Virus record (IMG/VR): IMGVR_UViG_2718217863_000003
Strand: one strand, 5' to 3'
Length of the DNA: 42,690 nucleotides
Origin: a virus
Lineage: Duplodnaviria > Heunggongvirae > Uroviricota > Caudoviricetes
A program made the position numbers and the translations under genes. Position 1 is the first letter of the stretch. Each line of letters begins with the position of its first letter. The notes beneath the pieces were generated by a model. The model worked only from the letters and a program-made list of their open reading frames with translations, was not told the DNA's origin and made no database searches. Positions 29,221-37,573 of this stretch are shown one piece after another.

Positions 29221-30042
29221 TTACCTAGTTACCTTTTTTAACTGCCGCTCAGCCCATGCTTCTTCAATATCAAACCGGGTCACCAGCGCATCATAGAATT
29301 TCTTAACTGTTTTTTCCCATGACGCGCGTGTTATCTGGTTTGTCACCTCGCATATAGCATTAAATGTCTCCGTTGATGGTAGTCTTTCATAGCCACGACC
29401 ACCACAACGCTGGCAGTCTCTGATAACAGGCATACCACGTTTTACCGACTCTTCACGATGAATGGCGACACCACGCCCACGGCAATCCTTACAGGCGGTG
29501 GAAACCTCACCCTTTCCGCCACACTCCGGACAGGCAACTTTTACCACCTCCCTGACTTTTTTCCATTCTTCCCAGTAAGACGAATACACACCTTTCGTAC
29601 ACTTTGCCCATACCGGCGGCTTACCATCCGGATACTGGACCTTGTTTGTAAAAACTACGCTTTCAATAAATTTTTCCCCATAGCAACAAGGGCACTGCTT
29701 TTTACTCGCTGCGCTGCGGGCATAATCCTCAAAAGCGTACGAAGCCATAATGCGCATCACTAACGGTTTTATTTCTGCCGGAAGTTTTCTCAACGCCGCA
29801 ACACGATCGCACCGACTGAGTGCATAATCTGCCAGTAATTCTGTTGCCCGCGCCCTGTCATTCATACTGATGCCCATTTTCCCCAGGAACGCAGAAAACC
29901 CCATCTCAGCCCGATTCTGTGTCATGCCCTGCGCGGCCATCACATCAGTGATACTCAGCGCATCTTTTGACGTTGAGGCCGATGCATCGGTCAGGCCAGG
30001 GGATTTTGGGGAGTAGTATTTCGGTAAATCTTCCAGTTTCAT
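29221..30042 (-). CDS. Q: late antiterminator Q with DnaJ-like CxxCxGxG zinc-finger repeats
   Basis: 273 aa; ...YSPKSPGLTD...TDVMAAQGM...; CPECGGKG, CKDCRGRG, CQRCGGRG; directly upstream of pR'/tR'. Confidence 0.8.
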   Translation of the reverse strand: MKLEDLPKYYSPKSPGLTDASASTSKDALSITDVMAAQGMTQNRAEMGFSAFLGKMGISMNDRARATELLADYALSRCDRVAALRKLPAEIKPLVMRIMASYAFEDYARSAASKKQCPCCYGEKFIESVVFTNKVQYPDGKPPVWAKCTKGVYSSYWEEWKKVREVVKVACPECGGKGEVSTACKDCRGRGVAIHREESVKRGMPVIRDCQRCGGRGYERLPSTETFNAICEVTNQITRASWEKTVKKFYDALVTRFDIEEAWAERQLKKVTR

Positions 30043-30419
30043 TTTTTGACCTGCTCTTCATGCATTATGGGGTAAATCTTCACCCCCAGACGTCCACCAG
30101 ATACTGGCTGACCACGAACGATATTGATTTCATCAAACTGCTCATCGTCCATTAACACTCCCGCATGCGTCAGCGCATCCAGCGGTGCTTTCAGGATATT
30201 GTCCAGGTCGCGACGACGCTTATCCGGTGGCTCTGCAATCACCTTTATCGCCAGCCTTCCGGACAGGTTTAATTTCAGCCGCTGCTGGCGAACAATTAGC
30301 GCCACATCACGGCGATAACGCTTTCCGGCCTCCGAGATGAAATACGTATTGCCATGACGTCGCCAGTAGGTATTCACCGTCGGCGGGTAAGGCAAAACAA
30401 ATTCTATGCGTTCAGTCAT
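30039..30419 (-). CDS. rusA: RusA Holliday junction resolvase
   Basis: 126 aa; ...DKRRRDLDNILKAPLDALTHAGVLMDDEQ... Confidence 0.85.
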   Translation of the reverse strand: MTERIEFVLPYPPTVNTYWRRHGNTYFISEAGKRYRRDVALIVRQQRLKLNLSGRLAIKVIAEPPDKRRRDLDNILKAPLDALTHAGVLMDDEQFDEINIVRGQPVSGGRLGVKIYPIMHEEQVKK

Positions 30420-31478
30420 TCATGCTTTCCACTTCAGGACACCCGAATTTCTCGCGTGCATTAAAAAACGAATCAGCAACAACAGCTGGCTGCCGTGTTT
30501 TTCTTCAAAATCTTTTACCCCGGCGTGCAGTTCGTTATGACATTTACGGCACAGCGGAATAACAAACAAATCATCAGCCTTTGTTCCCATACCTCCCAGG
30601 CCATGACCAATGATGTGATGCGGATCATCTGCCTGATTACCGCACGTCATGCATTTCTGCGTTTTTACCCAGCGCGTGTATACAGGCATCTCTTCCCGTT
30701 GTGGTTTCTGGCGCTGGAGATACTGAACCGGAGACTCCGGATCAACGGCGATGCTTACTAACGTCTTTTCCTGGAGTGGGGGCTGTTGCTGGTGGACGTG
30801 AAGTGGCAGCGCAATATTTTTTGTGCGCTGCTTCAGTATGCTGGTGGCAGTCTGTTCTCCCGGTACGATGTCACTCTCACGGTATACGGAGCGGATTTTT
30901 TCCACCGGTAATCCCAGTGAACGACACAATACAGACTCCGGAAGCGCATCAGCCACCTGATTGCAGACCGCCCACCAGGATAATTCGGCCAGCGATAACT
31001 CCCTCTCCTGCGTACCGCTGATTGCGTGACGGATGACGTCAATCATCCATGCTGACAAGTTTTGATGAGCAAGTTGCCCGAGTGATTCTGATGTCTGGTC
31101 CCGCAACTGGTTGTCACAGTGCCAGCACAACACCATCGCGCCGGTACCGTAACGGTGAATGACGGTTTCACTGTGATGATAGTCACCATGAGGCCACTGG
31201 CAGGATTTGACATGACGCAACAGCCAGTCAGACAGTGCCCCAGCGCCGCCAGCAGCACGAATCACCCGATCATCGCTGAAAAATGGCAGTAATGATTTAT
31301 CCTCCGCCAGCGGCTGGCGAACGGCAGGGACGACTCCGGACGGCAGACCGCGCATGCTTTTCGGTTCAGGCTCCACCAGCACTCGAGGGTTATGAAATAC
31401 TTGCATGGATTCACGGCCCGGCCTAAGGACCACCAGCCCGAGTTCCGGTACCAGAACAGGTCGAAGTAATATCCGCAC
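30420..31478 (-). CDS. DUF968-like protein with C-terminal HNH/zinc-finger motif
   Basis: C-terminal ...CMTCGNQADDPHHIIGHGLGGMGTKADDLFVIPLCRKCHNELH...; GTG start with GGAGG RBS. Confidence 0.65.
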   Translation of the reverse strand: MRILLRPVLVPELGLVVLRPGRESMQVFHNPRVLVEPEPKSMRGLPSGVVPAVRQPLAEDKSLLPFFSDDRVIRAAGGAGALSDWLLRHVKSCQWPHGDYHHSETVIHRYGTGAMVLCWHCDNQLRDQTSESLGQLAHQNLSAWMIDVIRHAISGTQERELSLAELSWWAVCNQVADALPESVLCRSLGLPVEKIRSVYRESDIVPGEQTATSILKQRTKNIALPLHVHQQQPPLQEKTLVSIAVDPESPVQYLQRQKPQREEMPVYTRWVKTQKCMTCGNQADDPHHIIGHGLGGMGTKADDLFVIPLCRKCHNELHAGVKDFEEKHGSQLLLLIRFLMHARNSGVLKWKA

Positions 31479-31479
31479 G

Positions 31480-31758
31480 TTACCTCCAGATCCGTTGCTG
31501 GTATGTGCGGGATGAACGCGGTGGGCGTTCGGAGTAAGGGAGTCTGACTGAGATTATCCAGTGACGGTAGTCGAGGCTAAGAGCTTTCTTAACCTCGTAT
31601 CCGCGCCTGCGGTAACACTGAATTATCCATTCCGCCTGCTCTTCAGTGCATGGAGGATGCTGGAACCAGTCTGATTTGAATGCGTGAAAACGCCGTCCGC
31701 ACCTACTGGCAAAGACGGCAGAATCATTAGAATTGTGTAATTTGGTATCGTGCGCCAT
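31480..31758 (-). CDS. hypothetical nin-region protein (92 aa)
   Basis: internal ATG start (MAHDTKLHNS...); upstream part of track ORF overlaps hok terminator. Confidence 0.5.
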   Translation of the reverse strand: MAHDTKLHNSNDSAVFASRCGRRFHAFKSDWFQHPPCTEEQAEWIIQCYRRRGYEVKKALSLDYRHWIISVRLPYSERPPRSSRTYQQRIWR

Positions 31759-31830
31759 CGGTTGTCTCTGCTGGCGCAGCAGGTGCCAGTTGTTCAGGCT
31801 GGCGTGCGAATTGTAAACCAGAATGCCAGG

Positions 31831-31857
31831 AAAAAACAAAACCCGCCGAAGCGGGTT
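31831..31857 (-). terminator. intrinsic terminator at 3' end of hok transcript
   Basis: minus-strand AACCCGC-TTCG-GCGGGTT followed by TTTTGTTTTTT. Confidence 0.75.
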
Positions 31858-31925
31858 ACGTGCGGGTGCGTTGAGGATGCCTGACACATCAGAGGTGGCG
31901 AGGGATTTCTCCCCCGCCAGGTCTC

Positions 31926-32081
31926 TTACTCCTCAGGTTCGTAAGCTGTGAAGACAGCGACCTCCGTCTGGCCGGTTCGGATTCGTACCTCGCAGAGGTC
32001 TTTCCTCGTTACCAGTGCCGTCACAATGACGGTTAAACAGATGACGATCAGGGCGATTAACATCGCCTTTTGCTGCTTCAT
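31926..32081 (-). CDS. hok: Hok/Gef-family type I toxin (HokD/RelF-like)
   Basis: MKQQKAMLIALIVICLTVIVTALVTRKDLCEVRIRTGQTEVAVFTAYEPEE; AAGGAG RBS. Confidence 0.9.
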   Translation of the reverse strand: MKQQKAMLIALIVICLTVIVTALVTRKDLCEVRIRTGQTEVAVFTAYEPEE

Positions 32082-32340
32082 AGCCTGCTTCTCCTTGCCT
32101 TTCGGCACGTAAGAGGCTAACCTAGATTTGCCGTTCATAGATTGAGCCTCAGATTAATGTTAAGCGTCTTGCAGGACGCGTAATGTTAACTGGGGCTTTT
32201 CTCTATCTGCCTTTTGGTGTTCATGCCTGAGACAGATAGCCTCAAGCACCCGCAGTCATTCTACTTAACTAAGATTTCCCCGCAAACCGTTTTTGTCCGG
32301 CACAGTAAATATCCAACTAAACCAATGGCGTTCGCTGTAT

Positions 32341-32520
32341 TTACCGCCAGTATTCAATGCACATGACCGCCATGAACACCCCTAAAAAAAGGGCATTTAT
32401 ATATCCAAATATTAATATCAAAACATCAACTTTTTCCATATACCTTGCTGTGAAGATGATGGGCATACATGATACGAACAACCAGAACGCAACAAACAAA
32501 AACTGCAATGCGTTTTTCAT
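32341..32520 (-). CDS. small two-TM membrane protein (59 aa), unknown family
   Basis: AGGAGG 4 nt upstream of ATG; MKNALQFLFVAFWLFVSCMPIIFTARYMEKVDVLILIFGYINALFLGVFMAVMCIEYWR; AT-rich. Confidence 0.55.
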   Translation of the reverse strand: MKNALQFLFVAFWLFVSCMPIIFTARYMEKVDVLILIFGYINALFLGVFMAVMCIEYWR

Positions 32521-32749
32521 TATTCCTCCTACAATCAATGTGCAATTACATTTAAACACACCTCAATTTGGCCGAACATATAAATATCTAAACCAGAAAA
32601 AATCACTTACATAGCGTTACAAACTCTTTAGTCTAAATATTCATCGTAAAACATTCCCCATACTTATCAGCCCGTTCTGCGCCAGGTAGCTCATTGCCTT
32701 ATCTGGGAATCTGTAATCAGGTTTCCGGATGCTGGTGGATTTTCGCGTT

Positions 32750-33007
32750 TTAGTTGTTCATAAAAGTGCACAGCTTTAACCAGTTCTTCTGATGTAACCG
32801 GGACTGGCGGGGCAGTGAATAAGGCCTGAATTTCATAGTTCGGCCTGTCGTTACAATCCTCTTTTTTCGGTACATATTTCCAGTCACCAGACCACTACTT
32901 CTCCTGAAAGTCCGTAACGCCTTTTTTTTCACGTAGCGATATCGCCATGCCACTGTTTTTGCTTGCCCCGCCGTTTCATGCCCTTCCTGATAATTAACCT
33001 CGCTCAT
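32750..33007 (-). CDS. hypothetical basic protein (85 aa)
   Basis: ATGA start/stop overlap with upstream gene; internal A8-9 homopolymer. Confidence 0.4.
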   Translation of the reverse strand: MSEVNYQEGHETAGQAKTVAWRYRYVKKKALRTFRRSSGLVTGNMYRKKRIVTTGRTMKFRPYSLPRQSRLHQKNWLKLCTFMNN

Positions 33008-33180
33008 TCATCGCCCCACTCATCACAATATGCTTCGACCGGAGTTTTTCCTGCTTCATAATCATCACGCCATGCTTCAGCATCAGCAGCACTGCCACCA
33101 CGTAACTCTGCATAGTCCATTAACAGTTCATGCCATTCTTCAAAACTGACGTTGTATTTAGTTGAACCAAAATCAGCCAT
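33004..33180 (-). CDS. hypothetical small acidic protein (58 aa)
   Basis: translated by hand: MADFGSTKYNVSFEEWHELLMDYAELRGGSAADAEAWRDDYEAGKTPVEAYCDEWGDE; below track cutoff. Confidence 0.5.
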   Translation of the reverse strand: MADFGSTKYNVSFEEWHELLMDYAELRGGSAADAEAWRDDYEAGKTPVEAYCDEWGDE

Positions 33181-33355
33181 TTTGTTCTTCCTCTTCGTCT
33201 TTTATTTCGTGATATGAGTAATTGCAGTAGTTAAAGAAAATATCTTTTGCTTCGTCATGTATTTCATCAGGCGTCGCATCATCATCCACTTCGAATTCAT
33301 CCTCGAAATCTCCACCGGCTATTCCCGTTTCAATAATTATTTTAAACTTTCGCAT
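33173..33355 (-). CDS. hypothetical small acidic protein (60 aa)
   Basis: MRKFKIIIETGIAGGDFEDEFEVDDDATPDEIHDEAKDIFFNYCNYSYHEIKDEEEEQNG; AT-rich. Confidence 0.5.
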   Translation of the reverse strand: MRKFKIIIETGIAGGDFEDEFEVDDDATPDEIHDEAKDIFFNYCNYSYHEIKDEEEEQNG

Positions 33356-33448
33356 TTAACTACCGCCCTTTCGGGCGGCCTCCTGATGTTCTGAGGGTGC
33401 AGAAATCCCTCCGGTTAAGGATTAAATTTTTAACAGAGCTAAATTTAA

Positions 33449-33805
33449 TTATTCAGTTCTGGATTTTGTCGCCCTGCGTATCCGCGCTTTCGCGTTACGC
33501 TCAATCTGAATTAGCTTTTCTATATTTTTTCGCCTTTCCCGCTCCTCCTGACGCAAGAGCCTTACATCATCTGCCAGTCTGGTTTCTCTTTTCGCCACAG
33601 AGAGCATCCAGTCAAATGGCTCCACAACTGCACCGCAGATTTTACAGCGGACCTGACGCTCTTTTTCGTCAACCCGGACAGAGGCGTGATGACAATATGG
33701 TCTTTCCGATGGCTCATAAAGAAAATTAACCTGATTACGAGGGTCATCCTCTTTTACCGGAAATAAAACGATATTGCTTAACTCATCCTCTGGTTTTATT
33801 TCCAT
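33449..33805 (-). CDS. hypothetical Cys/His-containing protein (118 aa)
   Basis: internal ATG with AAGGAGAGGAG RBS; ...CHHASVRVDEKERQVRCKICGAVVEPFDW... Confidence 0.5.
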   Translation of the reverse strand: MEIKPEDELSNIVLFPVKEDDPRNQVNFLYEPSERPYCHHASVRVDEKERQVRCKICGAVVEPFDWMLSVAKRETRLADDVRLLRQEERERRKNIEKLIQIERNAKARIRRATKSRTE

Positions 33806-33862
33806 GCTCCTCTCCTTTGATGCGAATGCCAGCGGTAATTGAAGCCTGATAGCTAATTTCAC

Positions 33863-34285
33863 TCACAGTACCGCCTCCTGAAAATTACCCTGATAGAAAG
33901 CCAGTACACGCTGCATAGCTTCACTCTTCCGGCACTCGCGACAGATTATGTTTAGGCGACTGTCGTAGCGACGTATTTCTCCGTCAGGTAACGACCAGAT
34001 AAGGTCCGGATCAACCACAACCGGTTTCTTCAGCTTTGCCCTCGATAATTTTTTGCGGGCATTTTGCCAGTCTTTACGAGCCTGTTCAGACGGGAATAAC
34101 CCGTAGCCAGAATTGTATACATCGCCACTGGCAACCAGCTCTCTGGCCAGAACGCTCATCAGATATCTTGTTGCCCCAGTTTTAGCTTCCAGTTGTCGTA
34201 ACGTCTCGCGCCCACTCTGGCGTACGAGTTCAAGAACCTGTCCTTTAATTTTTTCCCGCTCTTCTTGTGTAAAAACTTTTGCCAC
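33863..34285 (-). CDS. hypothetical protein (140 aa) downstream of replication gene
   Basis: ORF only; synteny. Confidence 0.45.
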   Translation of the reverse strand: MAKVFTQEEREKIKGQVLELVRQSGRETLRQLEAKTGATRYLMSVLARELVASGDVYNSGYGLFPSEQARKDWQNARKKLSRAKLKKPVVVDPDLIWSLPDGEIRRYDSRLNIICRECRKSEAMQRVLAFYQGNFQEAVL

Positions 34286-34325
34286 AAGCCCTCCTGAAAA
34301 TTACCTCATGACCAGAAATTAACAC

Positions 34326-35402
34326 TTACCCCCTGAAGCCCGGCGGAATTTCGTTATCCGGTTCAGAAATATGATTCACACAACGCTGGTTGTTCGTGCC
34401 GCTTACCGGGAGCAGCCAGGGGTTTTCAAAATTCCGGTCCGGTCCAAAAAACGTCGTCGCTCGCTGAACAAATTCCGTTCCCGTTTTCCCGGTAGCCGCA
34501 AGGTATCTTGCGTAACGCCTCACGCCATCCAGCATGGCCTCTGGTGGCACCCCCTCGCGTAATCTGGCTTTCCAGGCACTGAAAGCGGATTTCTTCGGGT
34601 TTGCCCCGGCACGCAACGGGTATTCCCGCCAGACCTGTTCGAACACATCAGGATAATCCACTCGTCCCACAGGCTGCCCGGTGTTTTCCGGGACTACCCG
34701 ATCGGCTTCCCGCTGAATGGCGGAATCGGCTTCAGGCTGCTGAAGTTGGTGTGATTGCTCCTGCCTTGCGGTCATCACCTGCTGCACAGCGCCCGAATCG
34801 GCTTTCAGCGCATACGCTGAATCGGCTTCCGGTGTCGTGCCTGCGGGCTGGCCAGGAGTGACGGTCTGAACATCCCCTGCCTGGTTCGTGGCGTTTTTTA
34901 CGCCATGGACCATAGTGTTTTGATCTTCTTGATCTGTATCTTTATCTGTATCTTTATCTGTCGTGACTCGTCGTGACATGTGCGTGACATTTCGTGACTC
35001 GCCGTGACAATCGCCATTTTGTTCCCGCTTTCTTTCCCTCTCTCGCTGCGCCCTCTTGCGCTCTGCCGGAGATTTTGCGGTTTGCGAAATATTGCCGTTG
35101 TCCTCTTTCAGCACCTGGCGTTTTTCCCATCCAGTGATTAAATCACCATCAAGTACCCGCCCCTGCATCGTCTGCAAAATTGAATCAATTACCTCTTCTG
35201 TCACGTCGAGCGCACTTGCCAAATCTTCTGTCGTGACATCAATGTGACCTCGCGTGACATTTCGTGACGCGCTCACCAGGAGGTGGATATACACTGCCAT
35301 CACTGTTGCAATTGGCTGCCCTGACACCCTGGCAATTGTTCGCCACTTAGGGTCATTTGGCATGTCATGCCATAATCTGAGCCAGGCGTTAGCCATACTC
35401 AC
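34326..35402 (-). CDS. replication initiator (lambda O-like / Rac YdaU-like) with internal origin iterons
   Basis: 358 aa; position after cro/ydaT; two iteron clusters within the gene; low-complexity linker DKDTDKDTD. Confidence 0.6.
   Translation of the reverse strand: MSMANAWLRLWHDMPNDPKWRTIARVSGQPIATVMAVYIHLLVSASRNVTRGHIDVTTEDLASALDVTEEVIDSILQTMQGRVLDGDLITGWEKRQVLKEDNGNISQTAKSPAERKRAQRERERKREQNGDCHGESRNVTHMSRRVTTDKDTDKDTDQEDQNTMVHGVKNATNQAGDVQTVTPGQPAGTTPEADSAYALKADSGAVQQVMTARQEQSHQLQQPEADSAIQREADRVVPENTGQPVGRVDYPDVFEQVWREYPLRAGANPKKSAFSAWKARLREGVPPEAMLDGVRRYARYLAATGKTGTEFVQRATTFFGPDRNFENPWLLPVSGTNNQRCVNHISEPDNEIPPGFRG
34921..35010. repeat. origin-like iteron cluster 1 (CGTGAC repeats plus 12-bp ATCTGTATCTTT tandem repeats)
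   Basis: GTCGTGACTCGTCGTGACATGTGCGTGACATTTCGTGACTCGCCGTGACA. Confidence 0.6.
35196..35275. repeat. origin-like iteron cluster 2
   Basis: GTCACGTCGAG...GTCGTGACATCAATGTGACCTCGCGTGACATTTCGTGACGCG; shares exact 17-mer GCGTGACATTTCGTGAC with cluster 1. Confidence 0.6.
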
Positions 35403-35467
35403 CTCTTCTGATACCGAATCTTTTTACTCACGAGTTGCCGGAAGCGATTCGATATGACTATTGTCAG

Positions 35468-35893
35468 TCAATGTACTGCCACAGCATTTCCTGCCGGGCC
35501 ACCACGGTTCATCTGATTGAAACCGGCGATTGCCACTGCGACAAAATCATCAGCGTCTCTCACCAGTCGCTCCCGCGTCTCCACCAACTCCCGAAAATAA
35601 GCTGAACTGTGGCTGCGCATTCTGGCCACCAGCAAAGGTGGCATTGCCTTTTCGATCGCTGGTAACAACGCCTGAATTTTTTCAACTGCATCAGGGGTGT
35701 CTTTCTCCACCCAGCGGAAAATTTTCTGGGTATTGCGAGCCAGGGCTTCCGGATGGCTGTCGTCATACAGTTCCGGGAACGTCATTCCCAGCTCGAAATA
35801 CGCTTTGGTAATTTTCGCAGCCGGTACTTTTTCGCCGTCCGGATGCGCCCAGGCATTCATCGCCATGCGGATGTGTTCATGCTTGATTTTCAT
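35468..35893 (-). CDS. YdaT-like / CII-position regulatory protein
   Basis: MKIKHEHIRMAMNAWAHPDGEK...; AAGGGGG RBS; follows cro-like gene as in Rac ydaS-ydaT. Confidence 0.55.
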   Translation of the reverse strand: MKIKHEHIRMAMNAWAHPDGEKVPAAKITKAYFELGMTFPELYDDSHPEALARNTQKIFRWVEKDTPDAVEKIQALLPAIEKAMPPLLVARMRSHSSAYFRELVETRERLVRDADDFVAVAIAGFNQMNRGGPAGNAVAVH

Positions 35894-36119
35894 GAATCCC
35901 CCCTTGGTTAGAAGGCGGATTATGATCAGAACCGGGAATGACAACCGTCGGTATGTGTAACTCATATTTGAGCGCCCCGGCAGTGACTGCCTGAATTAGC
36001 AACGCCCATTTCCACGGAACCTCTTCCCCCCACATGCTGACTGTGGTTTTTGACGTTCCTAGAGCTGCGGCTGTTTTAACAACTCCGCCAAAATAGCCTA
36101 ATACTTCTGATTTTTTCAT
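35877..36119 (-). CDS. Cro/YdaS-like HTH regulator
   Basis: 81 aa, MKKSEVLGYFGGVVKTAAALGTSKTTVSMW...; divergent from cI; GGAG RBS. Confidence 0.7.
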   Translation of the reverse strand: MKKSEVLGYFGGVVKTAAALGTSKTTVSMWGEEVPWKWALLIQAVTAGALKYELHIPTVVIPGSDHNPPSNQGGIHENQA

Positions 36120-36210
36120 GAGTCGCTCCATAAAACTGAACGTCAAAAGTTTAATAATCAAAACCAAAGAAAGTCAAGAAACAAAACCATCTGTGTTTTA
36201 AAATCAAAAC
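36120..36210. promoter_or_regulatory. divergent immunity promoter/operator region (OR; PR and PRM)
   Basis: two 16-bp operator-like repeats GTTTAATAATCAAAAC (36149-36164) and GTTTTAAAATCAAAAC (36195-36210); TAAAAT -10 seven nt before cI ATG. Confidence 0.6.
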
Positions 36211-36849
36211 ATGAGCAAGCAAACTATATCTGAACGCATAACCCAACGTATGCATGCGCTAAACCTGAAAGGCAAAGACCTTGTCAATGGCACTGGCGCA
36301 TCAAAAGGCTCCGTAAGTCAATGGATGAACGGTGGAGGAGCGCCGTCCTCGCGTTACATAAGTTCACTGGCAAAAATATTGAAAGTAAACGAAAATTGGC
36401 TTCTTAATGGAGGAGAGTTAAATACAGGTGATTCGCTTGATCTATCTTTACCGCCGATAAAAACGGTTCCGCTACTATCACTTCAGCAGGCAGCAAGCTG
36501 GAGTGATTATATGAAAAATTCCTCAATAACCTCTTGTGTGCAGCTTGTCGGAGAAATCCCGGTCAATACCTTTGCAGTTGTTCTAGAGAGTGACAGTATG
36601 TCAACATCTGGTGGGGGAGTTTCCATCCCAAATGGTTCAACAGTTTTTGTTGATCCCGATCGAACCGTACAACCAGGAAATATTGTCCTTGCCTTACCCA
36701 AAGGGACCACAACACCTGTCATTCGTAAACTGGAGATAGAAGGGCCGGATATTCTTTTAGTCCCCACGAATCCTCGCTACCCTTCAATTATGCTGGATGA
36801 TCTATCTTGCATATTGGGCGTATGCTTTAAAATTCAACAAGATATTTAA
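36211..36849 (+). CDS. cI: CI-like repressor (HTH plus LexA/S24-like autocleavage domain)
   Basis: 212 aa; N-terminal HTH ...LKGKDLVNGTGASKGSVSQWMNG...; C-terminal S24-like; no SD. Confidence 0.85.
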   Translation: MSKQTISERITQRMHALNLKGKDLVNGTGASKGSVSQWMNGGGAPSSRYISSLAKILKVNENWLLNGGELNTGDSLDLSLPPIKTVPLLSLQQAASWSDYMKNSSITSCVQLVGEIPVNTFAVVLESDSMSTSGGGVSIPNGSTVFVDPDRTVQPGNIVLALPKGTTTPVIRKLEIEGPDILLVPTNPRYPSIMLDDLSCILGVCFKIQQDI

Positions 36850-36916
36850 CCAACCTCATCTATTTGATTAACTGTATGCCATCGTGGTGATGGCTTAACA
36901 GCTGCCTGCTTAAAAT

Positions 36917-36962
36917 GTTTTGATAAAAAAACATTGACCTGAAAAGTTCGTTTTTCTAAACT
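36917..36962 (+). promoter_or_regulatory. candidate OL operator and pL promoter (TTGACC-N17-TAAACT)
   Basis: GTTTTGATAAAAAAAC resembles reverse complement of OR repeats; sigma70 hexamers follow. Confidence 0.5.
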
Positions 36963-37280
36963 TCATTCATTCCCTCACCCCATCCTACAGAATGCAGGGC
37001 AATACTTCGAGTTACCAGGCAGTGGTCAGGGGTTAAGTAGCCAGCCCGAGGCGTAAGAACATGACGGCAGGGTTCAACTTTAATAACTATGCAGCAGGTT
37101 TTTGTTCCGCTACCCCGGCGTTAAGGGGAAACAGAGGATTTCTCAGTGGGCGAAGTCAAACATCAGAATGGAAGGCGTCCAGGGATCAGCAAAGAAACAG
37201 CGATGGCGCTTTATATTGATATCAGCGCCATTGCCGGACAGGTAAGAATTATCAGAGCGGTAACTAAGCGGTATGCGCCT

Positions 37281-37481
37281 TTACTTCAGAAAGTCTCTGG
37301 TGAGTGCACCGAAGATATTGTCAACGATTTCGTCATCAAACTGCGAGGACTCATCTTCAGTTACAAGGTGACCACAATTTTTGCAGATGGCTCCCGCGAA
37401 ACTGTCAGAGCCCTGCGGTTTAAAGGATGTGTCAAAGACTTCGCCACCACATTCTGGGCAAGAAAACTTGATTGTATTCAT
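37281..37481 (-). CDS. hypothetical zinc-ribbon protein (66 aa), antisense to predicted pL transcript
   Basis: CPECGG(x21)CKNCG; GAGAGGAAA RBS before ATG; overlaps opposite-strand ORF 37146..37502. Confidence 0.45.
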   Translation of the reverse strand: MNTIKFSCPECGGEVFDTSFKPQGSDSFAGAICKNCGHLVTEDESSQFDDEIVDNIFGALTRDFLK

Positions 37482-37573
37482 AACCAATTTCCTCTCGAGT
37501 AACAGACCCCTCAGAGGATACCACCTCGCCTGACGTGGTTAAAAGCAGGCAACGCTAACCACAAGGAGCCGAC

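Noticed and set aside
37146-37502. 118-aa plus-strand ORF overlapping the zinc-ribbon ORF
   Set aside because: Not fully rejected: kept as the alternative in a finding, but the opposite-strand ORF has the specific CxxC...CxxC motif and stronger RBS
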